From Reclinomonas americana ATCC 50394 (Eukaryota): a stretch of 52,243 nt of DNA. The notes under the pieces were generated by a model. It was not told where the DNA came from. It made no database searches and saw only the letters and a program-made list of their open reading frames with translations. A program made the translations under genes and the position numbers. Below are positions 12,501 to 26,930 of this stretch, one piece after another; positions within the stretch are counted from its first letter, which is position 1; each line of letters opens with the position of its first letter. The stretch lies in contig PS015292.1 in assembly GCA_048213135.1 (NCBI GenBank), forward strand, positions 1 to 52,243, read 5' to 3'.

Positions 12501-14204
12501 TGCACGAGTTCGCGCAGAGCCTGGAGCAATCCATTCAGGCGTCGCAGGAGGCGGGTGCCAATGGCGACGAACGGTACTACCGCCTCTCAATCGTCCCCNN
12601 NNNNNNNNNNNNNNNNNNNNNNNNNNNNNNNNNNNNNNNNNNNNNNNNNNNNNNNNNNNNNNNNNNNNNNNNNNNNNNNNNNNNNNNNNNNNNNNNNNNN
12701 NNNNNNNNNNNNNNNNNNNNNNNNNNNNNNNNNNNNNNNNNNNNNNNNNNNNNNNNNNNNNNNNNNNNNNNNNNNNNNNNNNNNNNNNNNNNNNNNNNNN
12801 NNNNNNNNNNNNNNNNNNNNNNNNNNNNNNNNNNNNNNNNNNNNNNNNNNNNNNNNNNNNNNNNNNNNNNNNNNNNNNNNNNNNNNNNNNNNNNNNNNNN
12901 NNNNNNNNNNNNNNNNNNNNNNNNNNNNNNNNNNNNNNNNNNNNNNNNNNNNNNNNNNNNNNNNNNNNNNNNNNNNNNNNNNNNNNNNNNNNGGCTGCAC
13001 GAACGCAACCGAGCGGCGGCCTCGGAGGAGGAGGTGCGTCGTCTGACGGATCAGACGCGCTTGTTGAAGGAGATGGAGGAGGAACGTGAACGGTGAGTGC
13101 ACATCCTGGCCTTGTCTATGAACGAAGAGGAAGAAGAGTGATTGACCTTATTGTTGTGTGTGTGTGTATGTGCAGACAAGCAGCCGCTGAGAAGCAAGCC
13201 ACTGCTGCGCTGCTGGAGCAGCTGTATCGGCAATTGGAGGGCGAGAGGCAGTCGGCACGGACACAGTTGGAGGAGATGCGTGGGGAGATTGAGCGTCGAC
13301 AGCGGGCACTGAACGACACGGAGCAGCAGCTGCGCGAGGAGCGCGACCTGTTTGCCGAACAGCGCACACAGTACGAGGAGCGGCTGTCTGTGTTGCAGAG
13401 GTCGCTGTCGGAGGGAGGGCGACACTTGACGGAGAATCTGTCGCGTCTCAAGCACGACGAAACGGAGCGCCTGAACGAGCTCATCAAGGAGAACAGCCGT
13501 CTGCATCAGCAGATTGAGCGCATGCGACAGGAGATGGCCGAGAAGGAGCTGTCGACGTATCGCGAGTTCAAGGACATTCAGCAGTCGTTTGATCGCTTCC
13601 AGCAGCTGAGTCGAGATCGTGAGCGCATGCTGCAAGGCACCGCCTCCGCCAACGAGCCACCATACATTCCGCGGCTTTCCTCTGCCGCCAATGGCGGCTT
13701 GGGTATGGCGGCGGCGGCCGGCGGCAAGGCGTCTGTATTGCAGGACAATGCACTGTCACTGCCGGCATGTTGCGTCTCTATTCTGCGCCACACTGTCATC
13801 TTTTCTTGTCATCGTGCTGACTGCTCGTTTCTCCGCCAGCTTCGGGTGCCAGCAGCAGCACCATTCGCACACCCATGTCGCAGACGCCACCAGTCGCATC
13901 GGTACCGACTGCTGCAAGCAGTGGTGGCTACGGCGGCAGCAACGACACCGACACTCCCTTGTCGCTCTCGGAGCTGGTGGCTCGTCGTCTTCAGGCGCCG
14001 ACACCCTCCGCCGACACTGCAGCCTCCACCGTGTCACCCATCCGCGCACCAGGAGCCGCCGTGGCCGGAGTCGCCGCGCTCTCCTCCTCGGCTGCATCGG
14101 CTCTACGCCCCGCATCGGTGGGATCGGTCGGACTGCGCGAGGGCTCACCAATCTCCACAGCCACACTCTCCGAGTCCAGTCCACCACCGAGCAGCGAGCG
14201 ATAG
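9511..14204 (+). CDS. Large coiled-coil protein (E/R/Q/L-rich, at least 11 exons) of unknown function
   Basis: Starts MDEYLSQLDARLQYQ with a poly-Q tract. Heptad-rich exons are joined by phase-compatible GT-AG introns. A Ser/Ala-rich tail ends at TAG 14202-14204. It spans the gap at 12599-12992. Confidence 0.8.
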
Positions 14205-14322
14205 ACTTTAGCACACAACTGTTGTACATTGTTTTTTGAGGGAGAGACGGATGTAATGCATGTACTTGATGAACGAGAAGAGCCCTGATGAATTTTCTCT
14301 CTGACAACACATACAAGAAACG

Positions 14323-15657
14323 ATGTCTGCGCGCAGGAAAAAGGTGCCTCTCATTCACTCACTCACTCTGTGTGTTGCCTCACTCACTCACGTTTCTCTC
14401 TGTCTCAGGTGTTGCTGATGGGCCGAGCAGGTGCCGGAAAGACCGCAATGCTCAGTCTCATGTTTGCACCAGACTCGATCCGCGCAGGTCTCTCCACTTA
14501 CACACACACACTCTCTCTCTGACTGAACTCACACACACGCGTGCGCACACACAGAGAACATGGACATTAGCACCACACTCGGCCACATGGGCGTTGATCT
14601 GTGGGACAGTGATGGGTGAGACAGAGAGAGAGAGAGCGCGCGCGAATGTTTTGCCTGTATGTGTGTCACACTCACACACATTGTGTGGCAAACAGCGAGG
14701 ATGCCTTTGTGGAGAACTTTCTGGAGACAAAGCGCGACGCCGTCTTTAGCGATGTGGCTGCGTTGGTCTATGTGTTTGCAGTGGACGCGCAAGACGTGCA
14801 GGTCTCTCACAGTCTCACTGTCTTCTCTCCTGCTTGTGTTGCTCACTCGTCGCGTTGTTGTGACCACAGAACGAGATGCACTACTTCCAAATGGCACTGC
14901 AGTTCACCATGCAGTTCTCTCACGCCGCGCACATCTTTTGTCTCGTGCACAAGATGGACTTGGTCGAGGACGAGTACTATGAGCTTGTTGAGTGACTGCC
15001 AGCAAAAGAAAGTGAGCGAGGCAGCTTACTGTGGCTTGTGTAGGTGATTGCGGATCGTCGGCAGGAGATTGAGCGGCTGAGTGACCCGATCCGCGTGCGC
15101 TTCTTTGGCACCAGCATCTGGGATGACTCGTTGTATGCGGCGTGGAGTGAGATTGCACGGGCGCTGATCTTTCCGGGTGCGAGTGCCGAGCCGGCGCAGA
15201 GGTTACTGCAGCACATGCGGGAGGTGTGCTGTGCCGACGAGATCATTCTGTTTGATCGCAACACGTTGTTGGAGATTGCGCGGTGTGTGCCGCCGGCGGC
15301 CATGACGGCGGCGTCGGCGGCGGCTGGAGCGGATCGTGATCGCTCGGAGAAGGTCTCGCAGGTGGTGAAGCGATTCAAGATGGCGTGCAGGTGCGTCTTT
15401 CCCGCCTCTCGCCGAGACTGTTAACTCACTCACTCCTCTGCCACAGCAAGAGCGGCAGTCGATGTCAGTCCATTGACATTCGTCACGGAGGCGCCAATGT
15501 CACCATTCGCCGTTTCACCAGCACCACGTTTCTGCTCGTGGCAGTGTCGGATCCGGAGATTCGGCCGGCCACCACGCAGCTCAACATTGATGTGATGGCG
15601 CCGGTGTTTGAGAAGATGTTGATTGAGGCCGCGAAAGAACTCGACCCGGAGAGCTGA
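14323..15657 (+). CDS. Divergent RagA/B (Gtr1)-family GTPase, 6 exons
   Basis: MSARRKKVLLMGRAGAGKT, LWDSDGEDAFVENF, LVYVF, IFCLVHKMDLV, FFGTSIWDDSLYAAWS, then a roadblock region ADEIILFDRNTLLEI...RSEKVSQVVKRFKMAC. Confidence 0.88.
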
Positions 15658-15961
15658 GGCGCGCCGAATGACGACGGTGTGGAGCGAGTCTCGATCGTCT
15701 CCCATTCTTCGCCACGGCAGCGACAACTGCGCTGGCCTTGTGCTATGTGTTGTCAGGCGATCAACAATCAGCTGCGTGCTACTTGCCAACAGCGAGAAGC
15801 GACTGAAGTGGCCCCGGAGGGCGCTTACTGACGGCGTGGAACACACGCCGTGCACATTCAAACAATGAAACAAGGATAATGTACCCATTTCAACACTGGT
15901 TATTTCTTGTTCTACTCATATTTTCCATGTCGGTGTCGTATCACGCATTTTTTCAGCACCC

Positions 15962-17736
15962 TCACACCTGGTAGGCCTTGCGCAACGCCGGTGAGGCGGC
16001 CGCGCTGAGTTCGCGGAAAATGTCGCTGACCACTGCACACGCACGTTCACAAATCAGTCGACAAATAACAGGAGCCACGAGAGCACGCATGCCACTCGNN
16101 NNNNNNNNNNNNNNNNNNNNNNNNNNNNNNNNNNNNNNNNNNNNNNNNNNNNNNNNNNNNNNNNNNNNNNNNNNNNNNNNNNNNNNNNNNNNNNNNNNNN
16201 NNNNNNNNNNNNNNNNNNNNNNNNNNNNNNNNNNNNNNNNNNNNNNNNNNNNNNNNNNNNNNNNNNNNNNNNNNNNNNNNNNNNNNNGCGGCGCACGAGC
16301 GCCTTGACGTAGCCGGCGTCGTAGCCGAGCGACGCATTGCAGTCCTCCACCGTCTGCGTGTGTACGCAACGAGGTGGTGAGCAGTGAAAGACACCTTGGT
16401 CAATGTGCAGCAGAAGGAGAAGCGAACCTCGGCAAAGCGATCCATCTTCAGGTATGCCGCCGCGCGATTGCCGTGCAGCACTGCGAGTGTTTTCATCGGC
16501 TACAAGAATAGTCAGTCACTCCGGTCGCATTCACCAATCCGCACTCTCCACACACACACCTTGTTGATCACCGACGTGGCCTCCAGAATGGCATCGCTGT
16601 ACAGCTCCGCAGCCAGCCGCGAGTCGCCCTCCTTGAATGCCGTGTTGCCCTGCTCCTTCAGGCGCTCCACTGAATCCAGGCGCTCCCGATCCCGCCGCTC
16701 TTGCTCCTGCACCTGCCGTGTGAGAGACCGTGCATTACCCCACAACCCAAGTTCAACACCCACGCACCTCTTGCTTCTTCCTGCGCGACTCCAGCTTGGC
16801 ACGATGCCGCTGCGCATCCTCTCGCTCCTCCTCGGCCTCCACCTGCTCCAGCATCTTGTCCACATCGACCTTGTCCCACTCACGGTACTCGGTGTACGTC
16901 TTGGGCTTCTTGAACTCGCTCTTGGGCTTCTCGGCCTCCACTGCAAGGGGTGCGGGTGCGGGTGCGGCGGCCGGTGCGCCGTCGCTGACTGTGGGTGGGG
17001 GAGAGGGGAAGGGTGAGAACGCGAGAAGAGAGGGGGAGACTGTGATTAGCGAAGCAGAGAGTGAAGAGAAAGAGAGTGGGGAAGAGAAGGGAGGGCAAGA
17101 GCTGGAGAGACAGACTGAAGAGCTCAGTGAACCGAGCACAGACTGACAGCGTGCAGGAAGATGAGTAGAGTGTGTGGGCGGGAGAGTAATGGGGATGAGC
17201 TTGAGGTGAGATTGAAGACAAGTACAGAGTGACAGCTTGCTGGTCCAGTGCGAGAGAGAGACAGTCAGGGGAGAGGCAGAGTAGAGTGTGAGTGTGTGAG
17301 GGCGGGAGAGACTCAACATCCAGGCAAGCGGCCGGCCAAGTCCGCCAGCTGCTGCACAAAGGCCTCTCCAGTGGCCTCAGTCTCCGGTTGCATGGCCTGC
17401 TGTGGCTGCACCTGATGCCGACTATCACCAACATGCACAGTGCGACTGCCACGCACAGGCGGTGGCGCTGCACCAGCCTGCACACACACAATCACACGTC
17501 ATCATCATCATTCATCAGTCATGTGTGTTGTCTCTCTCTCTGTGTGTGCTCACCAGAGACGCAGAGGTGGCAGGCACTGTGCGTGAGGCGCCTGCTGATC
17601 CACTGGAAGCGCCCTTCTTCTTGGCGGCTTGTCGTCGTTTCATCTCGTCTTCCCACTGGAAGAGATCCTCAAACTGTGAGCGACGCAGCTCGGCGTTTTG
17701 CCGCACGTTGGCTTGAATGCGCATAAACTCGTCCAT
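15962..17736 (-). CDS. RPAP3: RPAP3-like TPR co-chaperone (R2TP component); middle lost in a gap
   Basis: N-terminal IQANVRQNAE...FEDLFQWEDEMK and YREWDKVDVDKML match the RPAP3 N-region. TPR motifs LKEQGNTAFKEG, GNRAAAYLKM and YVKALVRR are present. It ends LRKAYQV*. Confidence 0.85.
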
Positions 17737-18290
17737 TTGTGTGTGAGTGTGAGTTAGTGCTTCTCTCTCTCGCGCGCGTTGTTGATCGTTTGTTGCAAGA
17801 GGGCAGTTTTGTCTGGTGATTTTTCGCGGCAGTTTTCTCGACGTTGTTGTTTTTTTCCTCGAGGTCGTTGTGTTGGAAGGTAAGTGTTGTGCTGTGTGCT
17901 TTGTATGCAGACCGCATCCAGTGCTGCAGCTTCGTGAGTGCAAGCGCGAGGAAATCGAATTGACTCAACTGCAACTTCGACGTCGACGACAATATTTCCA
18001 AGCTGGAAGTGCGTGCTGGCTTCCAGCGTGCCAGCAGGAGCATGGAAACCCCTCTCACCGCTGCACTGTAGTCAAATCCATCATCCCGCTGCGTGCAGTT
18101 TTCGAGACAACTCGAATTCGACTGCCGCTGCGCTGTGTGAACTTGCTGAGCAAGCACACCAACCAAGCTTGCCGATAACGCGGTTGGTGAGTGGGTGACC
18201 GCTGTCGTCTGCGCGTTGTCAAATCTTCCTCGATATCGCCCCCCAGTGCTGCCACAGAACAAGCGACCTTGAAACAGCATGCAGCGTTCA

Positions 18291-19379
18291 TCATCTTGGC
18301 GTCGCGTGCGCCACAAACAGCGACAACACTTGTTCTACGGCGGTCCAGGTGAGAGCGGCGGCGGCCGAGCGTTTGAGCATGCGCGGCACGAGGCCGGCAA
18401 AGAGGCCGGCGAGCATGCCGCGATCGCGAATCAATTGCTGCGCACAGTCCCAGTACAGCTGCGGGGTGACGCGCGTGCCCAGCAGCTGCACGCGCGTGCG
18501 TAATGCATCAAACGGCTGCGTGACACACGAGGCCACGGCACCCGACGCAAAGCCCGCGACAGTCGGCGCCAATCGCCGTCGCCATCTATCGCCTCCTTCC
18601 ACCGCGTTCGTCGTTCGATGATTGTGACTGCTGGCGAGCGCCAGTGACGAGTAGCTGCCGCCGCTCAAGTGCCGCAGCAGCACCGAGTACGACGCCAGCG
18701 TGATGGCCGAGTACGGAGCATCGCGCAACTGTGTTGTCAGTGAGAGACGCGCGCGGCAAGGAGTGAAGACAACAAGAGCGCGCAGTGACGCAACGACCGT
18801 CGGCACCAAGCCAGCGACCATTCCCCGCCACCCACGCTCTCTCAGCACCTGTCGCGCCACCTCGCGCATGCTGGAACCCTCGGTGCCTCGTCGCGACTCG
18901 TTCTCCAGTCGCGTTTTGATGACGATCAGCGGCATGGTCAACGCCGCCGCAATCGTGCGACTGGCAAAGCCCGTGACAGCAGTGACGCTCACCGGCAGTG
19001 GCGACGAAGGCGCAATCGACAGAAGCGATCGAGAGGCGTCGGAGAACACGCGCACACTGCCAAAGTAGAGACCGGATCCGGGCACAATCCGCAGCAACGT
19101 CGGCACAGTGCCTCGCCTGACGCACACACAGAGTCAGTTGACGTCATGTACACCAACGCTTAGTGTGTGTGTGTGTGCGTTTTACCAGAGAGCGCGGGTG
19201 CCGCCTTCCCTGTACACCGCCTTGGCCACGTCCCACAGACGCACTCGCTGCTGCTGTTGTGCAGGCGAGGTATTGTGCGCGGCAATTACGCGTGTCTTGA
19301 GCACGTCGAAGGGTTGCAGAAGCACGCTGGTCACAGTGGCGGCGGCGGAGCCCGAGAGCACCTGCTGCACGAGCGTCAT
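18291..19379 (-). CDS. SLC25A38: Mitochondrial carrier, SLC25A38/Hem25-like (putative glycine carrier), 3 exons
   Basis: Three carrier signatures (QPFDVLKTR, MPLIVIKTRLE, QPFDALRTR) plus subfamily-like LWRGTVPTLLRIVPGSGLYF, LRDAPYS and GLVPRMLKRSAAAALTW. Confidence 0.8.
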
Positions 19380-19446
19380 TGCAGAGAAAGAAAAGTCCCA
19401 CACGACGCTGTTGTCCCACGACAACTTCATTGAGCTTCTTGTTAAA

Positions 19447-20080
19447 ATGGACGACGACGACGTGCATGTGGAGTTGGCTGATCTGCAGTACTATGAGGTG
19501 CGTGCGACTGCGCGCAGTGAGCTCACCTCGTTGTGCGCACGCGCGCGCGAGGTGCATGCCATGTCGCTCACTCTCACTCCCTCTTATTGTTATTGCGCAG
19601 CGTGCTGTGACACATGGAGCAGCTGCTGCTGACTCTGACGACGAGGGCAGTGTGGATGGACGCGCGCCTGTGTCAAGCGCGGGTCCGTCGACCCCAGTTC
19701 GGTCCTCTTCGCAGCCTGGTCACGTGACCTCGCCCATCCTGGCGCACCCGACCACGCCCTCTCGTCGTGGTGGTGCGCCGCAGCAGCCGGGCTCTCCCAT
19801 GTCGCCTGGGGGCGGCGCAGGCATGGACATGTCGCATGTCGTGCCCACCTCGGCACTGGAGATTGCCGTGGATCGCTTCCTGCGCTCACTGCAGGAGGCC
19901 ATTGCACGGGGAGACACGCATGAGTGTGCATTGTTGTACGAGCATGAGTTCCAGATGCTGACGGAGAAGCATTTTGCGTCGACTGAGTGGCCGCACCCCG
20001 ATTGCGCCCTCGTGCGCTCGATTGCGCGTGACGATGCCATTTTCGAGATGTGCTATCAGATCCTCTACTACCGCCACCTG
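19447..20080 (+). CDS. EIF3L: Translation initiation factor eIF3 subunit L, 5' part (truncated by a gap)
   Basis: LLYEHEFQMLTEKHFASTEWP and DDAIFEMCYQILYYRHL match the eIF3L N-terminal conserved block. The ORF runs into Ns at 20081. Confidence 0.8.
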
Positions 20081-20233
20081 NNNNNNNNNNNNNNNNNNNN
20101 NNNNNNNNNNNNNNNNNNNNNNNNNNNNNNNNNNNNNNNNNNNNNNNNNNNNNNNNNNNNNNNNNNNNNNNNNNNNNNNNNNNNNNNNNNNNNNNNNNNN
20201 NNNNNNNNNNNNNNNNNNNNNNNNNNNACGCCG

Positions 20234-22850
20234 CTATACCACAAGATCTTGGTCCATTCTGAGGAGACGTTGCACGCATTCACGAAACACGGGTCGTGCC
20301 TGCGGCTGCGAGCTGAGACAGTGACGACATAGTTGATTAAAGTCGGGATGGATGTGGTCGCCGGCGTGCGCCGGCAGCTGCAGCATGCCCTCGCCTCGAG
20401 ATTTGAGGGCTACTAGTCGCAGGCCGTTGTGCGCAAAAGCACCGTCGTAGGGTACACGCAACGTCGCCAGCTCGTAAAGAATCACACTGAGAGGATGTTG
20501 TCAGTGCACTGAGAAGAGAGAGAAGAGAGAGAGTGGGCTGCGAACCCAAAAGAATAAACATCACACTTGGCCGTGTAGTCCATGTCACCGCTCGGGTCGA
20601 ACAGCTCCGGAGCCATCCACTGCACAGCAGTGAGCAAGAACAATGGATGACCGTGGCAGGCATGTGTGAGGACTGACCTCAGGTGTGCCGGCCACACTGG
20701 TCAGGCGAGAGTTGGAGCAGCGCGAGAGACCAAAGTCGGCGATCTTGGGGTTAAAGTTGCTGTCCAGAAGAATGTTTGGACTCTTCAGGTCGCTGTGGAA
20801 ACCGTGTTAGTGATTCGGAGGAGAGATGGTGGCGCTCACGTACTTTCCACAAACCGATGATAAATGGGCGGTGACAATGAATGCAACTGTGTGGGGAGTG
20901 ACAAAGCAAGCGCACAAGTCAGACCAGACTCGCAGGCAAGCTGTCTTCAAGCGACACCAAACAATACACGCACATGCAGCATTCCACGTGCCACGCCCAA
21001 TGCTATCCGCAAGGCGATTTCCGGCCTCCGCAGCTCGTCGCGTCGTGCATTCAGGCTGTCGCACAGACTGCCACCCGGCAAGTACTCCATCACAATGGCT
21101 CGCCGTAGTGAGCCTGCACACGGCTCAGCACGCTACTCACAGTCTGTTGTGAAGAATATTCCAGTCAAACGCACCATTGCTCTTGTCCACGCAGATGCCG
21201 AGCAGCTGGAGAATGTGCGGATGCCGCAGCGTGGTCAAGATGCGAAGCTCGGCAAGGAACGCCTTGAATGCCTCGCCGTCGACACTGTGTACTTGCTTGA
21301 TGGCCACTGCATGCACATCGTGTCAATGAAACCACCAGCAGACGAAGAGGCACAAAGCACCGCAGACTGCATCCAAACCGTCGGTCGAGTGCCACGTGCC
21401 GAGATACACTTCGCCGTGCGCGCCTTCGCCGATACGCCGCTCAAACTGCAACTCGTTGAACGGAATGCGCATCGGACCGGGATTGAGCCGTGGTGATACT
21501 TGCTGCGCGGCGTTCACCAGCAGCCCAAGGTGAGAACTGAGCGACGAACGACGGCGAGGCGAACACTACCGCGCACCGGTGACACTTCATTGGATCCCGA
21601 CTGGTACACGTCCAACAGCGCCTGATTGATCTGGTCGTCGTTGTTGACGGCATGCTCGTGTGCAAAACCACGCTCACGCGCCAGCCACTCCGCCTCTGCC
21701 TTGAAGTACCATCCGACGACAATCGCGAACAGCAGCATCTCGAACACCTGGCCCGTAAAGTACACACAATAGCCGGGACAGCTGCGCAACGTCAGCCACG
21801 AGAACACGGCCGCGAACGCCATATCCACGGCGACAAAGCCCACAGTTATCAGCTCCACCGGGCGCACACGGGAGAGTGGCGGATGATTCGGTGACATGCC
21901 CCACAGCAGCATGACCAGGAACTCGATCAGACCAAACCCGGCAATCACCGACACGTAAATACCATAGGCGTAGCGTGCCGAGCTGCCATCCACCGCCCGC
22001 CGTCAGCCACACGCACCAGGCACAGAGCACACACATATGCATACTGACCTGTCGATGTACGCATCGGGATGCATCTCCACATCGTCCTCGTCGGGAAACG
22101 GGAGCAGGAAGATCATGGTGACGCTGACCGTCAGCGACAACGTCGTGGCCACAAACAGCGCGTACGTGAACGGTCGTGGCTTCGTGTACAACACACGCTG
22201 CAACGATGAATCGCCACATCAGTTGGCCGCGACAGTGTAACACGGCAAATCGCACGACACATGTGGCAGCACCTTGAAGATCGGGCGCAGCAGCAGTGAA
22301 GTCAACAGACTGACTTGCCCCGAGAACACCACAAAGAGATGCACGTAGAGCGGAAACGAGGGTGCTGCAAACGCCGCACTCGTAGTGATCCACACCAGCA
22401 GTGCAGCCCCGAGGAACCTGTCCACGAAGAGAATGTGAGCAATAACACCTTCTTTTGCGTGCGTGCGAGAGAGAGACGCAACGAGAACTGACTACGTCGG
22501 AACCAGCTCTTTCGCATGCCCGCAAACATGACGAGGATAATAGACACACCAATGACACAGGCAGTGGCAAAGGGGAACACAAAGAAGTCTACAATAAGAG
22601 AATGAATGAGTCGAAGAGAATGAGTGAGCATGACGAGCAGTTGCGCCCAACTGTTTCCGTCGTTGGGTGAGTACGATGCCCACTTGTGGCATTGCAGAGT
22701 GCTTGTGTTGTTGATACACTGCTGCACCCCTGTGTGTGCGTGAGAGAGAGAGAGCGAGTCAGTCTGTGAGTCAATGCGTGTTCTTGTTCTGTGTGGTGAA
22801 TGTGAGTCGCAACATAGTTGAGGTACGAGTGGAAGCTCAGGAGCCACCAT
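20234..22850 (-). CDS. Seven-transmembrane domain fused to a TKL-group protein kinase (about 13 exons)
   Basis: The spliced model gives seven hydrophobic segments, then IGEGAHGEVY, VAIK, HRDLKSPNILL, DFGLSR, AGTPEWMAPE, DVYSFGVILYEL and ARP. The stop is TAG at 20234-20236. The start codon is less certain. Confidence 0.8.
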
Positions 22851-23040
22851 GCTCCGCAGAGAGCGTGAGCACACACGCGGGTGAGAGGATCGGATGCGAT
22901 TGTCAATTTCGGACATTCTTGTCTGCATGACGACGGGACGACATGAGCCGTGCATCGTCGTTCTGATCGAGCTTCTTTCATTGTCGAAGCAACTGGACAA
23001 CCGACACACACACACACGTACAGGCAAAAAATATCCGATG

Positions 23041-25335
<2,295 letters not shown>

Positions 25336-25370
25336 TCTCTCACACACACTCTCGATTTGATGGACGACTG

Positions 25371-25380
25371 CGCGGGAAAA
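25371..25380 (-). promoter_or_regulatory. E2F-like element TTTTCCCGCG upstream of kinesin-13
   Basis: Matches the TTTSSCGC consensus, about 35 nt upstream of the ATG at 25335. Confidence 0.4.
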
Positions 25381-25490
25381 ACGATTTTGATCTTGGGGAC
25401 GACACACTGTGACTTCGCATGCAGTTATATACACTCGCCAGCCTCTCTGCTGTGCAACTCTCTCTAATATCGCCGGTGGATTGTGGTCAA

Positions 25491-25779
25491 TTACTGTGCA
25501 TCGGTCGACGCGGTGGCTCTTGGGTGGAAGGCTTCGGGAAGCACGTCGGGCAGGTCTCGTACGCGGTGAATGACTGACACGCGCACGCGCGGCAAGGGTT
25601 AGTGTAGCTAGTCAACTGACGCGAAGTGGGTGGTGCACTGACGCAACTGTGATCGGCCGAGGGGCAGTCGGTGATCTCGTCGGAGACGAGCACGGTGATG
25701 AAACCGTGTTCCTTGGCGCACTTGATATTCGGCACTGCACACGTGAGGGAGAGGTCAACGATGCGACACGTAGAGCAGA

Positions 25780-25816
<37 letters not shown>

Positions 25817-26930
25817 GCCAACTCACCCGAGTCGTCGACCAGCACGCATTTGGTGGGATCCGTCACGCCGGCAATCTGCATGGCGATATCGTAGGCATCG
25901 CGCTCTCGTCTGCACGCGCAGCACACACAGAGAGAGGTCAGCAGTCACATTGTCGCATGCAGATATGCGAGCCACGGCAGAACTTGGTCTTGAACTGCGA
26001 CACAAGGCACAGTGAATGGCAAGAAAAAAACACGGAAGATTGGTCACGATGGAGGCGTACTCACGTCGGTGGCCTTGATGTCCACAATCCCGTGAAACAC
26101 GTCGGCCACTGCTCACACACACAGTGAGGCTCACTTCACTGCCAACAGTCCACGCCAAACGACGCAACAGCCAATGATCTCCAGACACCTTTCGGCATGA
26201 TGCCGACTGTACAGCTCGTCGTGAGAACGAAGGAGGAAAGACGCCACTGTTGACGGCCTCACGCAACATCGACACTGTGTAGACGTACAGCGGAACAGTG
26301 GCCTTGCACAGAGTGTCGCGCAACTCACGATCCTCGCCAAAATGCTTTTCCAACTCCACTACGCAATCATCAGCGCAGAGGATCACAACTACGCAGTCAG
26401 CATGTGCGATACACACCATCGTGAACATGTGAAAAGTCTGCTCACAAGCACAGCATGAGCGATCAAGACACACAAAGTGCGAAGAATGGAACCCACTCAC
26501 ACTCATCCACGTGCTCCGGATCAATGAGCTCGTCATGAAGCAGTGCCTTGATGGTCAACCCGTGCTTGACAAACGCCTCACGATGCCACTCTTGCACATC
26601 CTCCTGTGCTCGTGCGCGCGCGTGAGAGAGAAAAGAGCGCGCGCGAGAAGAGCGGACGACGACGACGACGCACTGGATCAAAATGCAGCTTGTCGACGAG
26701 AAACGAGTTGACTATCTGCAGATGAGTGACGGTTGTGGTGTGACAAGGGCAAGCAAGCAACAACGAGACGCACTGTTCTCGTGCAGAACGCGTTGAGTCT
26801 GTCGTCCGTCTTGATACAGCTAAATCGATCATGAGACTCACAGAGATCAACAGTTGTGTGAGACACTGACAAGACGCACTGTGTCATCGCAGTCGATGAA
26901 CAGACAGTCGATCACGCGGCCTTCTGCCAT
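25491..26930 (-). CDS. HAD-superfamily phosphatase, pyrimidine 5'-nucleotidase (SDT1-like), about 10 exons
   Basis: Motif I LFIDCDDTLY, then KHGLTIKAL, YFSHVHD, HAERCLEIIGLADVFHGIVD, the motif III Lys in KTK, and motif IV LVDDSVPNIKCAKEHG. The stop is TAA at 25491-25493. Confidence 0.85.

Noticed and set aside
17740-18290. Possible extra gene between RPAP3 and the carrier
   Set aside because: The ORFs have no recognisable motifs or consistent splice pattern.
12-19379. Mitochondrial one-carbon cluster (FDH plus glycine carrier)
   Set aside because: They are 16 kb apart with unrelated genes between, so there is no evidence of functional clustering.
20081-20333. Apparent eIF3L truncation or overlap with the kinase 3' end
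   Set aside because: The junction is an N-gap. The sequence after it is the minus-strand kinase terminus, and the rest of eIF3L is most likely in an under-sized gap.
26712-26722. Tandem acceptor CAGATAG in the HAD gene where the distal AG is needed
   Set aside because: A single instance of a common phenomenon, and not informative without transcripts.
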